Of a DNA stretch of 64,000 bases, positions 51,288-64,000 are shown piece after piece (positions within the stretch are counted from its first letter, which is position 1; each line of letters opens with the position of its first letter). This stretch comes from Mobula hypostoma (taxonomy: Eukaryota), in NCBI RefSeq assembly GCF_963921235.1, contig NC_086113.1, forward strand, positions 45,570,001 to 45,634,000, in the 5' to 3' direction. The translations under genes and the position numbers were made by a program. The notes beneath the pieces were generated by a model. It saw only the letters and a list, made by a program, of their open reading frames with translations. It was not told the DNA's origin and did not search any database.

Positions 51288-51932
51288 CAGTGGATTCTGG
51301 TTAATTGGGACAACCACCTATTTGGGACAACTCTTAAAGAATAAAAATTCATCAAGAAAATAGTTGGGATTCCCTTCATTTATTTGGGAAGCCACCACTT
51401 GATTGGGACAGAAGGCTGTTGCCGAACAGTTTCTAACTAGCATCAGTCGCATGCACTTGCGTGGCCATTGGTCAATTTTTAAATAGTTGCATATATTTGT
51501 GTTCAAAAAGCAGTGAACTTTGTCGCTGATAGCTGTCAAGTAATAAGCAGTAAGACAATTCAGAAGTGTTTTCCTCAGTGCAGTTTCATGCATTCAGGCT
51601 TGGAGATGCCAGAAATGGTCGGGAGTAATCAAAAGGGCACAGTAATTGGATGAATTCCTCTGTCAATGACTATTGGGAACTAATACAATGACTGTTGGGA
51701 ACTAATACAATGACTATTGGGAACTAATACATACTAATTATAATAGTATGGTTAGTATTCTAATCTGTTCTGTATTTCACTTAAAAGCATAATTTATTAC
51801 TCAGTTAAATGGTAGTTTGCTTTTTTATACCTTTTTTAACTATTGCCATGAAACTTCGACTAATTGGGGCAGCCACTTAGTTGGGCCAAAAAGTACTGGT
51901 CCTGAAGTGTCCAAATTAACCAGAATTCACTG
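51288..51932. mobile_element. TcMar/Tigger-like MITE with internal 22-bp tandem triplication
   Basis: TIR CAGTGGATTCTGGTTAATTGGGACA / TGTCCAAATTAACCAGAATTCACTG; CAATGACTATTGGGAACTAATA x3 at ~51664-51730; partial copy at ~38305-38409. Confidence 0.75.
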
Positions 51933-52009
51933 TTTATAAAACATTATGCAATTAAAATCTGTTTTTAAATTTGAAAAGCTGAGGGGTGTATCTAATCTTC
52001 CAATGGTTT

Positions 52010-52942
52010 AACACACACACAAAATGTTAGAGAAACTCAGCAGGTCAGGCAGCATCTGTAGGGGGAAATAAACAGTTGATATTCTGGATCAAGATCCTTC
52101 ATCGGCCTCTGGAAAGGAAGGGGACAAAATCCAGAATGAGAAGGTAGGGGAAGGGGGAGGAATACAAGGTGGGTGGGTGGGGGAGTGGGGATGGTGTGAG
52201 AAACTGGGAGATTATATGTGAAAGAGGTAAAGAAAGGGCTGAAGAAAAATCTGGTAGAAGAGGACAATTAACCATGGAATAAAGGAAAGTTGAAAGAGAA
52301 TCAGAGAGAGGTGATGGGCAGGGCATGAGAGTGGAGGAGTAGAAAAGAAGGGGTGAGGGGGGGCCACCAGAAATGACGGTGGAGGGGCAAAACTGAAATG
52401 TGGTAGAAATGCTGCCTCACCTGGAAGGACAGTTTAGGAAGGAGGTGTTGCGCCTGTCAAGGTTGCAGGGATAAGTGCCGGGGGCAGATCTGTATGGAGG
52501 GACAGGTGAACAAGGGGGTGACGTAAAGTGTGGTCCCTGTGGAGAGTGGAAGAGCTGGGGAAAGATGTACCTTGTAGTAGGATCCCAGTGGAGTTGCTGG
52601 AAGCTGTGAAATATGATGTGCTGTATATGGAGGGCCATGTGGGCAAAGGGAGTCCTGTGTCTGTTATGTCAGGGGTTTTACAAGTGACAGGGAAGAGATA
52701 TATTCAAGAATCAGTGGATTGGTGGATGATCTGTCTGGAGATGGAAACAGAGAGATTGAGAAAGGGAAGAGAGGTGTCAGAAATGGACCAAGAGCGCAGG
52801 TGGAAGTTGGAGGCAAAGTTGTTGAAATTGGCAAACTCAGCATTAGTGCGGTAAGCAGCTCCAATGCAGTTATCAATGGAGCAGAGAAAGGGTTGGGGAG
52901 TGTTACCGTTGTTGCCTTGGAACATGGACTGTTCCATGTAGC
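52010..52942 (-). mobile_element. Penelope-like element fragment (RT remnant)
   Basis: SIDNCIGA..NFNNFASNFH..ISDTSLPFLNLSVSIS (decayed YIDD region). Confidence 0.75.
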
Positions 52943-52944
52943 TC

Positions 52945-53352
52945 AATGTTCAAAATAAATTTATTATCAAAGTATGATATGTCACTATATCCCACCCTAG
53001 CAAACCAAGCACAAAAGAAGACAAACTGTGCAAATACAAAAATAAATGAATATATAAATAATACTGAGAACATGAATAGTAGAGTCCTTGAAAGTGAGTC
53101 TGTAGGTTGTGGAATAATTTCAGAGTTGCGGTGACTGAAGTTAACCATGCTGGTCCAGGAGCCTGATGGTTGTAAGGTAATAAATTCCTGAACCTGGTTG
53201 TGTGGGACCCAAGGCTTCTGTATCTCCTTCCTGATGGCAGCAATGAGAAGAACATGGCCTGGATGGTGGAGATCCTTGATCATGGATATTGCTTTCTTGG
53301 GGCAGTGCTCCTTATAGAGGCGCTCAATGGTGGGGAGGGCTTTTCCTGTGAT
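52945..53352 (-). mobile_element. Rex1 3' fragment
   Basis: IKDLHHPGH, FSLLPSGRRYRSL. Confidence 0.85.
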
Positions 53353-54111
53353 GAATAAAACACTGATGGTCGCTGCATATATTGAGCAGATATGAAGGCC
53401 AAGATACTGAGTGCTTGATATGACAGTTCACTAATGCCAGTAGAGCAATTAGCCAATAGGAATAAAGATAAGAAAATTGCCAGATCGTGAAACCTTAATA
53501 AAGTAACTGTTCAGGCTTAATTTCAAGTGGGTAGAGAACAAGATGACAAGTATAAAATACTCATATCCTTAAACCAAACTAAACGGTCACAATGAGTAAT
53601 CCATGATTATTCCACTGATTATTTTGAAGTATCAAGGCTTTGTTATTGTCAGGAGTCAGCTGCAGTGTTCTTATCACAAAAGAATGCGATCTAGGTCAAA
53701 AACATTTTTTTTAAAAAAAGCATAATATAATGCAACTTTGTGATTTTTAGAACACTGGAACCACTCTTGACAGCAATTATTTTAAACAGCTTCCCCAGCA
53801 ACACTAAATATGGCATCACATATAATTTGATGCAAGTGATAATGTAAAATTTTTGATTACACTATTGAGTTAGTGATTCCAATATTTTTTCCATAACTGT
53901 TTTAAGCTTTATTATGACACTCTAAAATGATACACTAGAAGGAAACTTTCAACATTGGCTGTTGAGATGAGCCAAGAACACATGAATGAAAAGATCTTCA
54001 TACATTAGCTGTGTGTTCGTATTTCTAAATTACTTCAATGTTTGCACTATTTACTTGTATATTGTAATTTGTGTTTTTATTATGTATTGCAATGTACTGC
54101 AGTTGCAAAGC

Positions 54112-55400
54112 AATGGCGTCCTGTGGCACTCACCTCAATAATAAACAAAAGCTTTGAGAGGCTGGTCAAGGATTACATCTGCAGCATGCTACCACCCAAA
54201 CTGGACCCCCTACAATTTGCCTACCAACATAACCAATCGACAGATGACGTAATAGCCACTGCTCTACATACTGTCCTTATATATCTGGAGAAGAGGGTTG
54301 CTTAGGTGAGAATGCTCTTCTTGGACTACAATTCAGCACTCAACGCCATAATTCCATCCAGGCTCGGCAAGAAGCTCAGAGACTTCGGCCTTGACCCTGC
54401 CTTGTGCAGCTGGACCCTGGACTTCCTGTCAGATCGCCAGCAGGTGGTACAAGTGGGCTCCCACACCTCCACCCCTCTGACTCTCAACACAGGAACCCCT
54501 CAGGGCTGTGTACTGAGTCCCCTCCTTTAATCCCTGTATACCTATGACTGTGTTGCCACCCACAGCTCTAATCTGTTAATTAATTTTTCTGACGATGCTA
54601 TACTGATTGGCCTAATCTCAGACAATAATGAGGGGGCCTACAAGGAAGAAGTCAACTCTCTAACACAGTGGTGTCGAAGAGTTCAACCTCTCCCTCAATG
54701 ACGCAAAAACAAAGGAGCTGGTTGTGAATTATAGGAGGAATAGAGATGGACTAACCCCTATTGACATCAGTGTATCTGGGATTGAGAGGGTAAACAGCTT
54801 TAAGTTCCTTAGCATTCATATCACCGAGGACCTCATGTGGTCTGTACACACCAGCTGTGAGGTGAAAAAGGCACAACAGCACCTCTTTCACCTCAGATGG
54901 TTGAAGAAGTTTAGTATGGGCCTCCAAATCCTAAGAACTTTCTACAGGGGCACAATTGAGAGCATCCTGACTGACTGCATCACTGCCTGGTATGGGAACT
55001 ATACTTCCCTCAATCACAGGACTCTGCAGAGAGTGGTGCGGACAGCCCAGTACATCTGTAGTTGTGAACTTCCCATGATTCAAGACATCTTCTAAGACAG
55101 GTGTGAAAAAAGGGCCCGAAGGATCATTGAGGACCTGAGTCACCCCAACCACAAACTGTTCCAGCTGCTGCCATCCAGGAGACAGTCCAACGGCATAAAA
55201 GCCAGGACCAACAGGCTCTGGGACAGCTTCTTCCACCAGGCCGTCAAACTGATTAATTTGCGCTGATTTGCATGTATTGCTATGTTACATTGACTGTTCT
55301 ATTTATTATAAATTACTATGATTGCACATTTAGGGGACAACGTAAAGATTTTTACTCCTCATGTATGTGAAGGATGTAAGAAACAAAGTCAATTCAATTC
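54112..55400 (+). mobile_element. Rex1/Babar LINE, second subfamily
   Basis: [28 protein letters not shown]; CAATT-type tail. Confidence 0.88.
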
Positions 55401-56284
55401 ACAACATATGCTGGTGAATTTAAATCTGGTTCTGAGTTAAGTTCCATCACACTCTAGCCAGATTTCACATGATGAAGAATCTAAGGTTCTATTAAATATT
55501 AATAGTAGTTCATGTTTAAGCTGCATCAGGAAATTGGCAGAAACTTTAATCAACTACTAAAATATGCAGTTACAAATTAAGTTTAAAATGTCTATTTGAT
55601 CTAATTGCTCAAAGATGCTGTACCAACTGGTGAGTCTAAACTACATAAAACTTTATATAAATTTAAGATTTTTTTTAGTCTTTTGGGTCCTTCCAATGAC
55701 AAAACATCTTTTGACAAGAAATATTTTTGAAATGTACCATTGTAATGGAAACAATTGTGCCAGCCAATTTGTTAATAGCAAGATGTCATAAATAGAAACT
55801 TTGCAAATGAACAGATTACATTATTGTGCTGATGTTAGTGGATTAAAAAAAAATTGGCAGGTATCCCAGGCAGAACTTTCAACACTTTTGGGCAGGATAT
55901 TTTACATTTATCTAAGAGAATAGGCAGGACTTGGGTATGATGATTCCATTGAAACATGGTGCCTCTGACAAAATGTCTGTTCTTTGCTGAAATGACATCC
56001 TAAACTTTGTGCTCTGGTCTTTGATGAGTAAAGACATTGGGTTTTGTTTAGGGTGAAGCAGGCTGTTTACCCCCACTTTACTCCCTGTATACACATAACT
56101 GTGACCAGATTCTGCTCCATCTCCATCTACAACTTTGCAAATGACACCACCTTTGTAGGCTGAATCTCAAATAACTATGAGTCAGAGTACAGAAGGAGAG
56201 ACAGAAACTAATGACATGCTATCTTAGAACAAGCTTTCTCTGAGTGCCAGCAAATCAAAAGAGCTGGTCACTGACTTCGGCCCC

Positions 56285-56990
56285 TGTCTGCCTTTCATAA
56301 TTTTAAACATTTCTATAAAGCATGCCTCATTCTCTTACATTCCAAGGAATAAGGACCCAGCCCGGCTAACCTCTTCCTGTAACTCAGTCACTCTAGTCCT
56401 GGAAACATCCTTGTAAATCTTTTCTGCACTCTTTCCAGTTTAACTGCGTCTTTCCCATAACAAGGTGACCAAAACGGTACACAGTACTCCAAAGTGTGGT
56501 CTCAGCAATGACTTGTGCATCTGCAACATAACGTCACAACTCCTGTACTCAGTGCCTTGACTGATGAAGGCCAGCATGGTAAACACCTTCTTCACCATCC
56601 TGTCTACCTGTGACACTGTTTTTAATTAACTATGCACTTGTATTTCTAGGTCACTCTGTTCCATTGCACTCCATAGTACCCTGCTATTCATAGTTTAAGT
56701 CCTATGCTGGTTTGATTTTCCAAAATGCATCACCTCACACTTAGCTTATTGAAATCCATTGGCCACTCCTGGCCCCGCTTTTCAAAATCCCCTTGAAATC
56801 TACAATAACCTTCTTCACTATCAACAATACCTATTTTTGTGTCATCTGCAAACTTACTGATTAAGCTTTGTGCATTCACATCCAAATCATTTACAATAAA
56901 TAGCAAATAACAATAACCAAACCCTGTGACACACCATTAGTCATTGGCCTTCATCCTGAGAAACCACTCTAAGCAACTACCATCCTCTGC
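56285..56990 (-). mobile_element. CR1 fragment (preceded by a Rex1 fragment ~56040-56280)
   Basis: GTCATCTGCAAACTT (KFADD antisense), GACCAAAACGGTACACAGTACTCCA. Confidence 0.8.
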
Positions 56991-58347
56991 GCCAAATAAG
57001 ACGAGTCAAGAAAAGTAAGGAAAACATCTAGGATATAATCTTGACCTGTTCTGTGTTTGCTGATTTCAGCTGGAGTGGTTTTAGAGCTACTACAATTAGC
57101 TTTGTATGGTGAGAGAGGGAGTGTGGATACAAACCAGGGGTTTCGCTGATGGTCACTATTTGCTAATGTGAATGTTTTTAGATTTAAGATAACAACAGTT
57201 CTACTGCCAGCCTCGTGTCCCTCATTCATACATGAAAAATAGTTTGCCAGAACCTATCCACCCTAATCCTGGCTTGGACTATTGACTTAAAAAGAACGAA
57301 ATCCATGTAAGGAAAATTAAATTGAGAAATGCTGTTGGCTGCTTCAAAAAATGTTACAAAATTGTGAAAACGTTCAGTGTTGCCTCTGTTTGAAATTTTA
57401 TGGTAACTCAGACAGAAAGTGGAAGAAATTACCGAGAAGTCTACTTTTGAGCCCTGCCTAAATTATGTACCTAGGTGACTCATTGTTCCCAGTAGTTAAT
57501 CGTTATAAACTTTGAAGATACTGTTATGATTCATACTGATTTACATTCATAAAAGGAAATATAAAGCATAAATGTGGTTATTTTGAATATGTTATATCAA
57601 TTTGCTATTTGATTGAAATTGTATTTTCTCTTGTCATAATATTTCCATGGCCATTCTTAGCAGAGGGAGTGCAGATCTGTCAGTGGCACTGTATTTTAAA
57701 TGTTAAATCAAAGTTCATTTTACCCTCAGATGTAAAAGAATACACCACACAATTGAAAGAAGAGTAGATAAGTCTTATCTGATACCTTGGCCAATCAACA
57801 GTTAAAAAATCAATTCAAACATAAAAATGCAGATGCTAGAAATCAGAATCCAAAATAGTAGACTCTGGGAATACTCAGCATTTCAGGCAGCATCCACGGA
57901 GAAAGAAACATTTTGGGTTGACAGCCTTTAATGAGAACTAAGGAAAGTTAGAAATCATGCTGCAGAGGCTTGGAGGGGGGTGGTGAAGAGAATAAAAGGA
58001 ATGTTTATTACCACAGATACTTGTTTAATTTCCCTGATCAATTTGATTATCTGCTGCTATTTGATTGTTGTATCCAGTAGTTTGATTACTTTGTTTGCTG
58101 TCCTTGGCTATAAAATATCTTGGGACATCCAGAAGCCATGGGGACGGACTGTGAGGGGAAAAAATAATCTTTCTAGTAACATGAACACATGTCAAATGGA
58201 TCAGATAACATCTTTACCACGATGAGTTAGTTTCAGAAGCAGCCTGCAAATGTCACCATGATTCACCAGGACCATCTTGGAGGCTTTTGAACCACAGGGG
58301 TTAACTTCACTCACCCATCACTGAACTTTTCCCACAACCTATGGATT

Positions 58348-58800
58348 CATAAGAACATAATAAATGGAGCAGGAGTCGGCCATCTGCCCCGTTGAGCCTG
58401 GTCTGCCATTCAATAAGATCATGGCTGATCTGGCCATGGACTCATCTCCACCTTACCTGCCTTTTCCCCATAACCCTTAATTCCCCTACCATGCAAAAAT
58501 TCATCCAACCTTGCCTTAAATATATTTACTGAGGTAGCTTCCACTGCTTCATTGGGCAGAGAATTCCACAGATTCACCACACTCTCGGAAAAGCAGTTCC
58601 TCCTAATCTCTGTCCTAAATCTATTCCCCTGAATCTTGAGTCTATGTCCCCTAGTTCTAGTCTTGCCTACCAGTGGAAACAACTTTCCTGCCTCTATCTT
58701 ATCTATCCCTTTCATAATTTTATATATTTCAGTAAGATCTTCTCTCATTCTGAATTCCAGTGAGTACAGTCCCAGGTGACTCAATCCCTCCTCATAGTCT
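58348..58800 (-). mobile_element. CR1 3' fragment inside a Rex1 3' end (~58260-59060)
   Basis: ORF 58419..58829 LGLYSLEF..TRGHRLK..NLWNSLP. Confidence 0.85.
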
Positions 58801-59346
58801 AATTTACACTTCCAAGGACTCAATCTCATGTTCTCAATATCGTTTACTTATTTATTATTGTTATTACTATAGCTTCTATTTTTCTCTTTCTGCCAGGTCC
58901 ATTATTGTTTTGCCATCGGTCGTCTGTCCTGTTGGGTGCAGTCTTTCATTGATTCTATTGTGTTCCTTGTATTTATTGAGATTGACCGCAAGAAAATGAA
59001 TCTCGGGGTTGTATATGGAGACATACAGGTACTTTGATAATAAATTTACTTTGAACTTCAAACTTTTAGCTAACAGAAAGAATTAAATGGACACGGCGAC
59101 CTCCCTTGGATGAAGTCACCAAATTAAATCCATTACATTATATAGATTATGAAGTGTTCTGTCTGTCTAGATTACAATTTTAGATAAGTAATAGTGCATT
59201 TCACTATCTGGGATGTATCAGTCATTATTTTCAGCCAGTTTTCCCTTTGCTTACACACAAAATAATCTGCAGATGCTGGGGTCAAAGCAACACTCACAAC
59301 ACGCTGGAGGAGCTCAGCAGATCGGGCAGCATCCGTGGAAATGATC

Positions 59347-59384
59347 GGACGACGTTTCGGGCCGGAACCCTTCGTCAGGACTGT
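59347..59384 (-). ncRNA. Minimal type I hammerhead ribozyme motif
   Basis: Minus strand: AGTC CTGACGA AGGGTTCCGGCCC GAAAC GTC; complete catalytic core. Confidence 0.7.
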
Positions 59385-59871
59385 AGACGGAAGGGGCAGA
59401 GGCCCTATAAAGAAGGTGGGGGGAGGGTGGGAAGGAGAAGGCTGGTAGGTTCCAGGTGAAAAACCAGTAAGGGGAAAGCTAAGGGGGTGGGGGAGGGGAT
59501 AGGCAGGAAAGGTGAAGAAGGAATGGGGAAAACACAATGGGGAGTAGAAGGAGGCGGAACCATGAGGGAGGTGATAGGCAGCTGGGGGAGGGGGCAGAGT
59601 GACATAGGGATAGAGGAAGGGAGGGGGAGGGAATTACCGGAAGTTGGAGAATTCTATGTTCTTACCAAGGGGCTGGAGACTACCTAGACGGTATATGAAG
59701 TGTTGCTCCTCCAGCCTGGGTTTAGCCTCATCATGGCAGTAGAGGAGGCCATGTATGGACATATCTGAATGGGAGTGGGAAGCAGAGTTGAAGTGGGTGG
59801 CTAACCTACCAGCCTTCTCCTTCTCACCCACCCCCCACCATCTTTATAGGGCCTCTGCCCCTTCCCTCTAC

Positions 59872-59907
59872 AGTCCTGATGAAGTGTTCCGGCCCGAAAC
59901 GTCAACC
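59872..59907 (+). ncRNA. Minimal type I hammerhead ribozyme motif
   Basis: AGTC CTGATGA AGTGTTCCGGCCC GAAAC GTC AACC; core intact, one stem II mismatch. Confidence 0.6.
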
Positions 59908-62799
59908 AATCTTTTCCACGGATTTTGCCCGACCTGCTGAGTTCCTCCAGCATGTTGCGAATGTTGCTTTTCCTTTGCTTAAGTACATCTATGCTTTGAC
60001 AGGGCACGTGAGAACCACTTTGTAAGTTACCATAGTGTACTGAGAGAAGCATCCTCACTTATTCCTGATGTCTCAGTGTGAAGTATGGACAGCTTACATG
60101 CTCCAGATACCATGATACTTACATGAATTAAGTTAAAGCAAATCTCTATTTGCTCATTTTACGCTGAAATCATGTAGAAAGATGTGCATTTGTTCTGCAA
60201 GTATTTATTATGTACTCCCTGATTTTGAGCCCCTTTCCTGCTCTTTAATTAAGTACAATTTTAGCTGTGCAACATTAATAGTGATTTTCCATTAATGTAT
60301 GTTTTTGCTTGAGATAATTATATGACCACAGGATATTAACCAGTTCAAAGTTTCACTGCTATTATATAAATCTTATACAAAATTGACAGTTCTGTGCATG
60401 TTTAGTTGAAAAGCATTTGTGAGCAATTAATTACATTCTGCTACCCAGTTTTGTTTCTAGTATCCTGTAGATCAGAGTCAAAGTCGAGCTTATTGTCATA
60501 AGCACAGGTGCAATGAAAGACTTACTTACAGCAGCATCACAGACACATGGTGTCAGATAAGCAATATTCACAAAAAAAAGCAAATTCAACATAGATTATA
60601 CACAATTTTTCCAAGAAAGAACACAATTCGAACAGAAAAAAAAGGCCCATTGTAGTGTAATGGTCTATTTGTAATGCAATAAAACTTCATAAGCTTGCAA
60701 TCCACAATTAATTTGTTACAAAAGCAACATTAATTTAATTGACTAGTTTTCTTCCAGCAACCTTGATTCCAATGACATGATTAAAGTGTGCATCACCTCT
60801 CCAGTCATTGGTAAAGTTATTCTTACATAACTATAATTTGAGTCATCAGTGCCTGGAAATTATTGTAATGGCAACTACAAACGTTTGTAGAATTTGTAAA
60901 TTCTAGCAACTAGAATCAACAACACTTGTGATGTACCTTAACCTGTTTAATAAAAGAAAAATGCATTTGCATTAATCGACATATTAAAACCTGTTGACTG
61001 TTTTAAAGGAAAAATGATAAGCTAATGGTTGATAAAATCATTTAACAATTCTATTAAACATGCCATCATTTAATCCTTTGTGATATTGCAATTTTTACAT
61101 CTCATAATTAATACCGATATTTACTTTGATCCCAATTTCATCCTTTCTTTCCACCACTCTTTCCCCTCCCTAAACATAACTACAACCAAACCTCTCATTC
61201 TCTTTGACCTGCTCCCATCAAGCAGGAGGTACTGTTGCATTAGGACAAAGACTGTTGGGATGAGAAGATGCTTCATCCCCCAAGCTCGTGAGACTACTGA
61301 ACTCCTGCCACCACCCAGGTCTCATCAATTATGAAGCGCCAATAGTGTTATAGTGTTTATGCACCTTGTACTAAATATCAATCTGGAATATAGCTTATTT
61401 CTTAATTTATTTGTAGGTATATTACTTTGTGTTGTGTGTGAGTTATATGTACTGTGTTGTGCACCTTAGTCCAGAGGTTGTTTTATTTGGCGATTTACGT
61501 GGATACAGATGAATGACAATGAACTTGAACATTTGCTTGTGACTTCCTGTCATGCTCATCCAGATGTATTTTTAAAGTCAGATATTACCCTAGCATAACC
61601 CTAGGTATTGTCTGGAGCCTGCAGCGAGAGGCAAAAAAAAATCATTTGCTACTGAATGTCCAGGAGGCCAAGGCTAATAGACATTGGCGACATAATTTAG
61701 TGGCTACCATGGTATGTGTTGATCACATGATAGATGAATTAGGCTTCATATCAAAGAGTTGGCAAAGCCTAGTGTTTCTAGACTCAATTCTTAAAAAAAA
61801 TTGAAAGTTTTGTATGTTACACTTGGAAGGTGCGCCATTCGGAGATAGCAGATCGGGTTGGATATATTCCTGGAGGTCTCACATGATCTCCCTTTTCCAA
61901 TAATCCTATTCCACCCATGCTCCAGTCATAAAACCACAGCATAGAAACAGGCCCTTCATCCCAGCATTTCCATGCTAGCCATCAACCACCTATCTATACT
62001 GATCCAGTTTTCTATACCTCTTCAAGGTAGTGTGCACCAGATTTCAAACACTCCCTGAAAGAATCAAAAACTTATTGAAAATCCACTTTGAATTCCTTGC
62101 TCCAACCCTTATACTAAATTTATAGGAGCAAGAAATTCATAGGCACCATCAACACCCTTCATAATTTTGCAGATCTCATTTATGTCTGTCCCTCCCCTCA
62201 GCTTCCTCTACTCCAAGGAAAACAAACTCAGTCTATTCAGACTCCTTGTAGCCCTGAAGTGCCCTTTTGTAGGGGAAAGAATAGTGAAAGCTAATAACCA
62301 GTAAATAGGAATGTGGATTGTGCTAATGTGATAACAGGGAGCACAGACAGAGCCTAGAAGTAGAGACATGGAATGCAGCAGCAGTGACATCCAAGTTGCA
62401 GGGACTTCATTAATTATGTTATAGTGTGCACCCACTGTTGAAATAGAAAATTGGATTTACATTTAGAGCTGTGGATATTTATTTTATTTTGTAAACAGGG
62501 CTTAGTCTGTACATAATTAAGTCTTCCTGTAGTAACTAATCTGTTATCAAAATGTAGTCTTGTCAACTGAGAATGTAAATGTTGTACCAAATTTAAGCTC
62601 AGAAAGATCAGTTTTGACCAATCGCCTGGTGTGTATCAGTTTCTTAATAAATCACCCGTTCTTTCGAACACCAACTCTGTGTAGCTTTTTAGTTTGCTCC
62701 TACACACACACACCCATCTCAGACAATATCCTGGTGAATCTCCTCTGTGCCCTCTCCAGTGAAATTCCACCATTAAACTACCCTTTCAGTATTTCAAAT

Positions 62800-63190
62800 G
62801 GATCATTCATACAAAGGGTATTTCCCTGCTCCACTCTTCCATCTCTACTAACTGCTCCTTTTACATCGTCTCCTAGAAACGCAAGAGGTGCAATACCTGT
62901 CCTTCTACCTCTTACCTTCTCATCATCCTTTGGATCCAAACAGTTCTTCCAGTTGGAGAGGCAATTCACTTGCACATTTTTTTTCAATCTCGAATAATGA
63001 ATTAACAATATGGTCTCCTGTACACTGGAGAAACCAAGCACCAATTAGAAGGCAACTCTCTCACCCCAACCTATCTGTCAGTGTCCTCCGGCCAAGTTAT
63101 TAATACGTCCAGTGTAAGCACGAGGAAATTGCCTCATCTCTCATTTGGGCACTTTGCAGGTTTCTGATATTGGTACTAAATTCTACATCT
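62800..63190 (+). mobile_element. Penelope GIY-YIG remnant interrupted by Gypsy LTR
   Basis: KQFFQLERQFTCT and GLLYTGETKH remnants. Confidence 0.6.
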
Positions 63191-63472
63191 TGTAGCGGTG
63201 TGCTACACACAGCGCTAGAATAACCACACTGAGTCAGTGAGTTAGAGTTGCGATGAAAGTTATTTAAACTTCGCGGCCTGCTTTAAAGCCTTCCCGTTCC
63301 CACCCTCCCTGGGGCAGGATTGCTGTGGGGAATGCATATTCCCAGACCCTTTCCGCGCACGGGATTTTCCCCCTGCTGGTGAAGATGGCCTGGCGCCCTT
63401 TTTGGGGCCGGCCCTCTGCCTGCGCGTGCTGTTGTGAGCCGGTTCGTGTGTGCCAGAAAGTGAGTCGCCACA
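63191..63472 (-). mobile_element. Gypsy 3' LTR (282 bp)
   Basis: Minus strand TGTGGCG...CGCTACA termini, preceded by polypurine tract GGGGGGGTTA. Confidence 0.88.
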
Positions 63473-64000
63473 TAACCCCCCCACAGAACCGGCGATACCT
63501 CCCCCAATGTCCACAGTCTGGATCGGCCTCTGTTTGGGAGGTCTGCCCCTGCACCGCGGTGCCTGAGCCTGGACCGGCTGTGCCAAGTCCACATGGGCCG
63601 GTTTGAGTCGGTCCACCGTGAAAACCTCCTCTCTCCCCCCAGTGTCCAGCACGAACGTGGACCCGTTGTTCCTGATCACCTTAAACGGCCCCTTGTAGGG
63701 CCGCAGTAGCGGTGCCCGGTGTCCGCCCCGTCGTACAAAAAGAAACTTACAGTTCTGCAGGTCTTTGGGTACGCAGGTCGGGCTCTGTCCGTGCTGTGAA
63801 GTGGGGATGGGGGCCAGGTTACCGAGCCTCTCCCATAGTCTGTCCAGGACTGCTGTGGGTTCCTCCTCTTGCCCCCTTGGGGCTGGTATGAACTCTCCTG
63901 GGACGACCAGGGGTGCACCGTACACCAACTCGGCCGACGAGGTGTGCAGATCCTCTTTGGGCGCCGTGCGGATTCCAAGCAGGACCCAGGGAAGCTCGTC
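63473..64000 (-). mobile_element. Gypsy integrase C-terminus (continues beyond window)
   Basis: DELPWVLLGIRTAPKEDL..ELVYG, PYKGPFKV (GPY/F), VDRLKPAH; open frame, CpGs retained. Confidence 0.93.

Larger units (their letters stand above)
59254..59967. mobile_element. Penelope-like element with inverted terminal segments
   Basis: Minus-strand GIY-YIG C-terminal remnant (ORF 59634..59831) plus terminal repeat, then an inverted partial repeat; TSD TTTTCC(C)TTTGCTTA at 59239-59253 and 59968-59981. Confidence 0.88.

Noticed and set aside
50000-63190. Exons of a further gene (e.g. HECW1, the next gene in mammals)
   Set aside because: No ORF or splice-flanked segment with recognisable homology found; small or non-coding exons cannot be excluded

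Overview
Repeat-rich vertebrate genomic DNA. The repeat mix (CR1, Rex1/Babar, Penelope-like, V-SINE/HE1-like, Deu-SINE-like) suggests a cartilaginous fish, probably a ray (inference). Two complete host genes lie head-to-head, with their ATGs 268 bp apart across a shared CpG-rich promoter. PSMA2 is on the minus strand (8 coding exons, 33938->16213, 234 aa) and MRPL32 on the plus strand (3 exons, 34207->49769, 176 aa). A second, orphan CpG-rich promoter with minus-strand splice donors lies at ~8.6-9.4 kb; by mammalian synteny it is probably the 5' end of the C7orf25/UPF0415 ortholog. The rest is mostly nested transposable elements: Nimb/I-like LINE, Rex1, CR1, RTE, Penelope, Gypsy, Tigger, hAT, Tc1 and Chapaev3. 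The most notable non-genic signals are minimal hammerhead-ribozyme motifs in Penelope inserts (one insert holds two in opposite orientation), a Tigger inserted inverted into a relative of its own family in PSMA2 intron 4, and a minisatellite with a duplicated 200-bp higher-order unit. I see no convincing evidence of a wholly new protein-coding system. Repeat boundaries are approximate unless a TSD or TIR is quoted.
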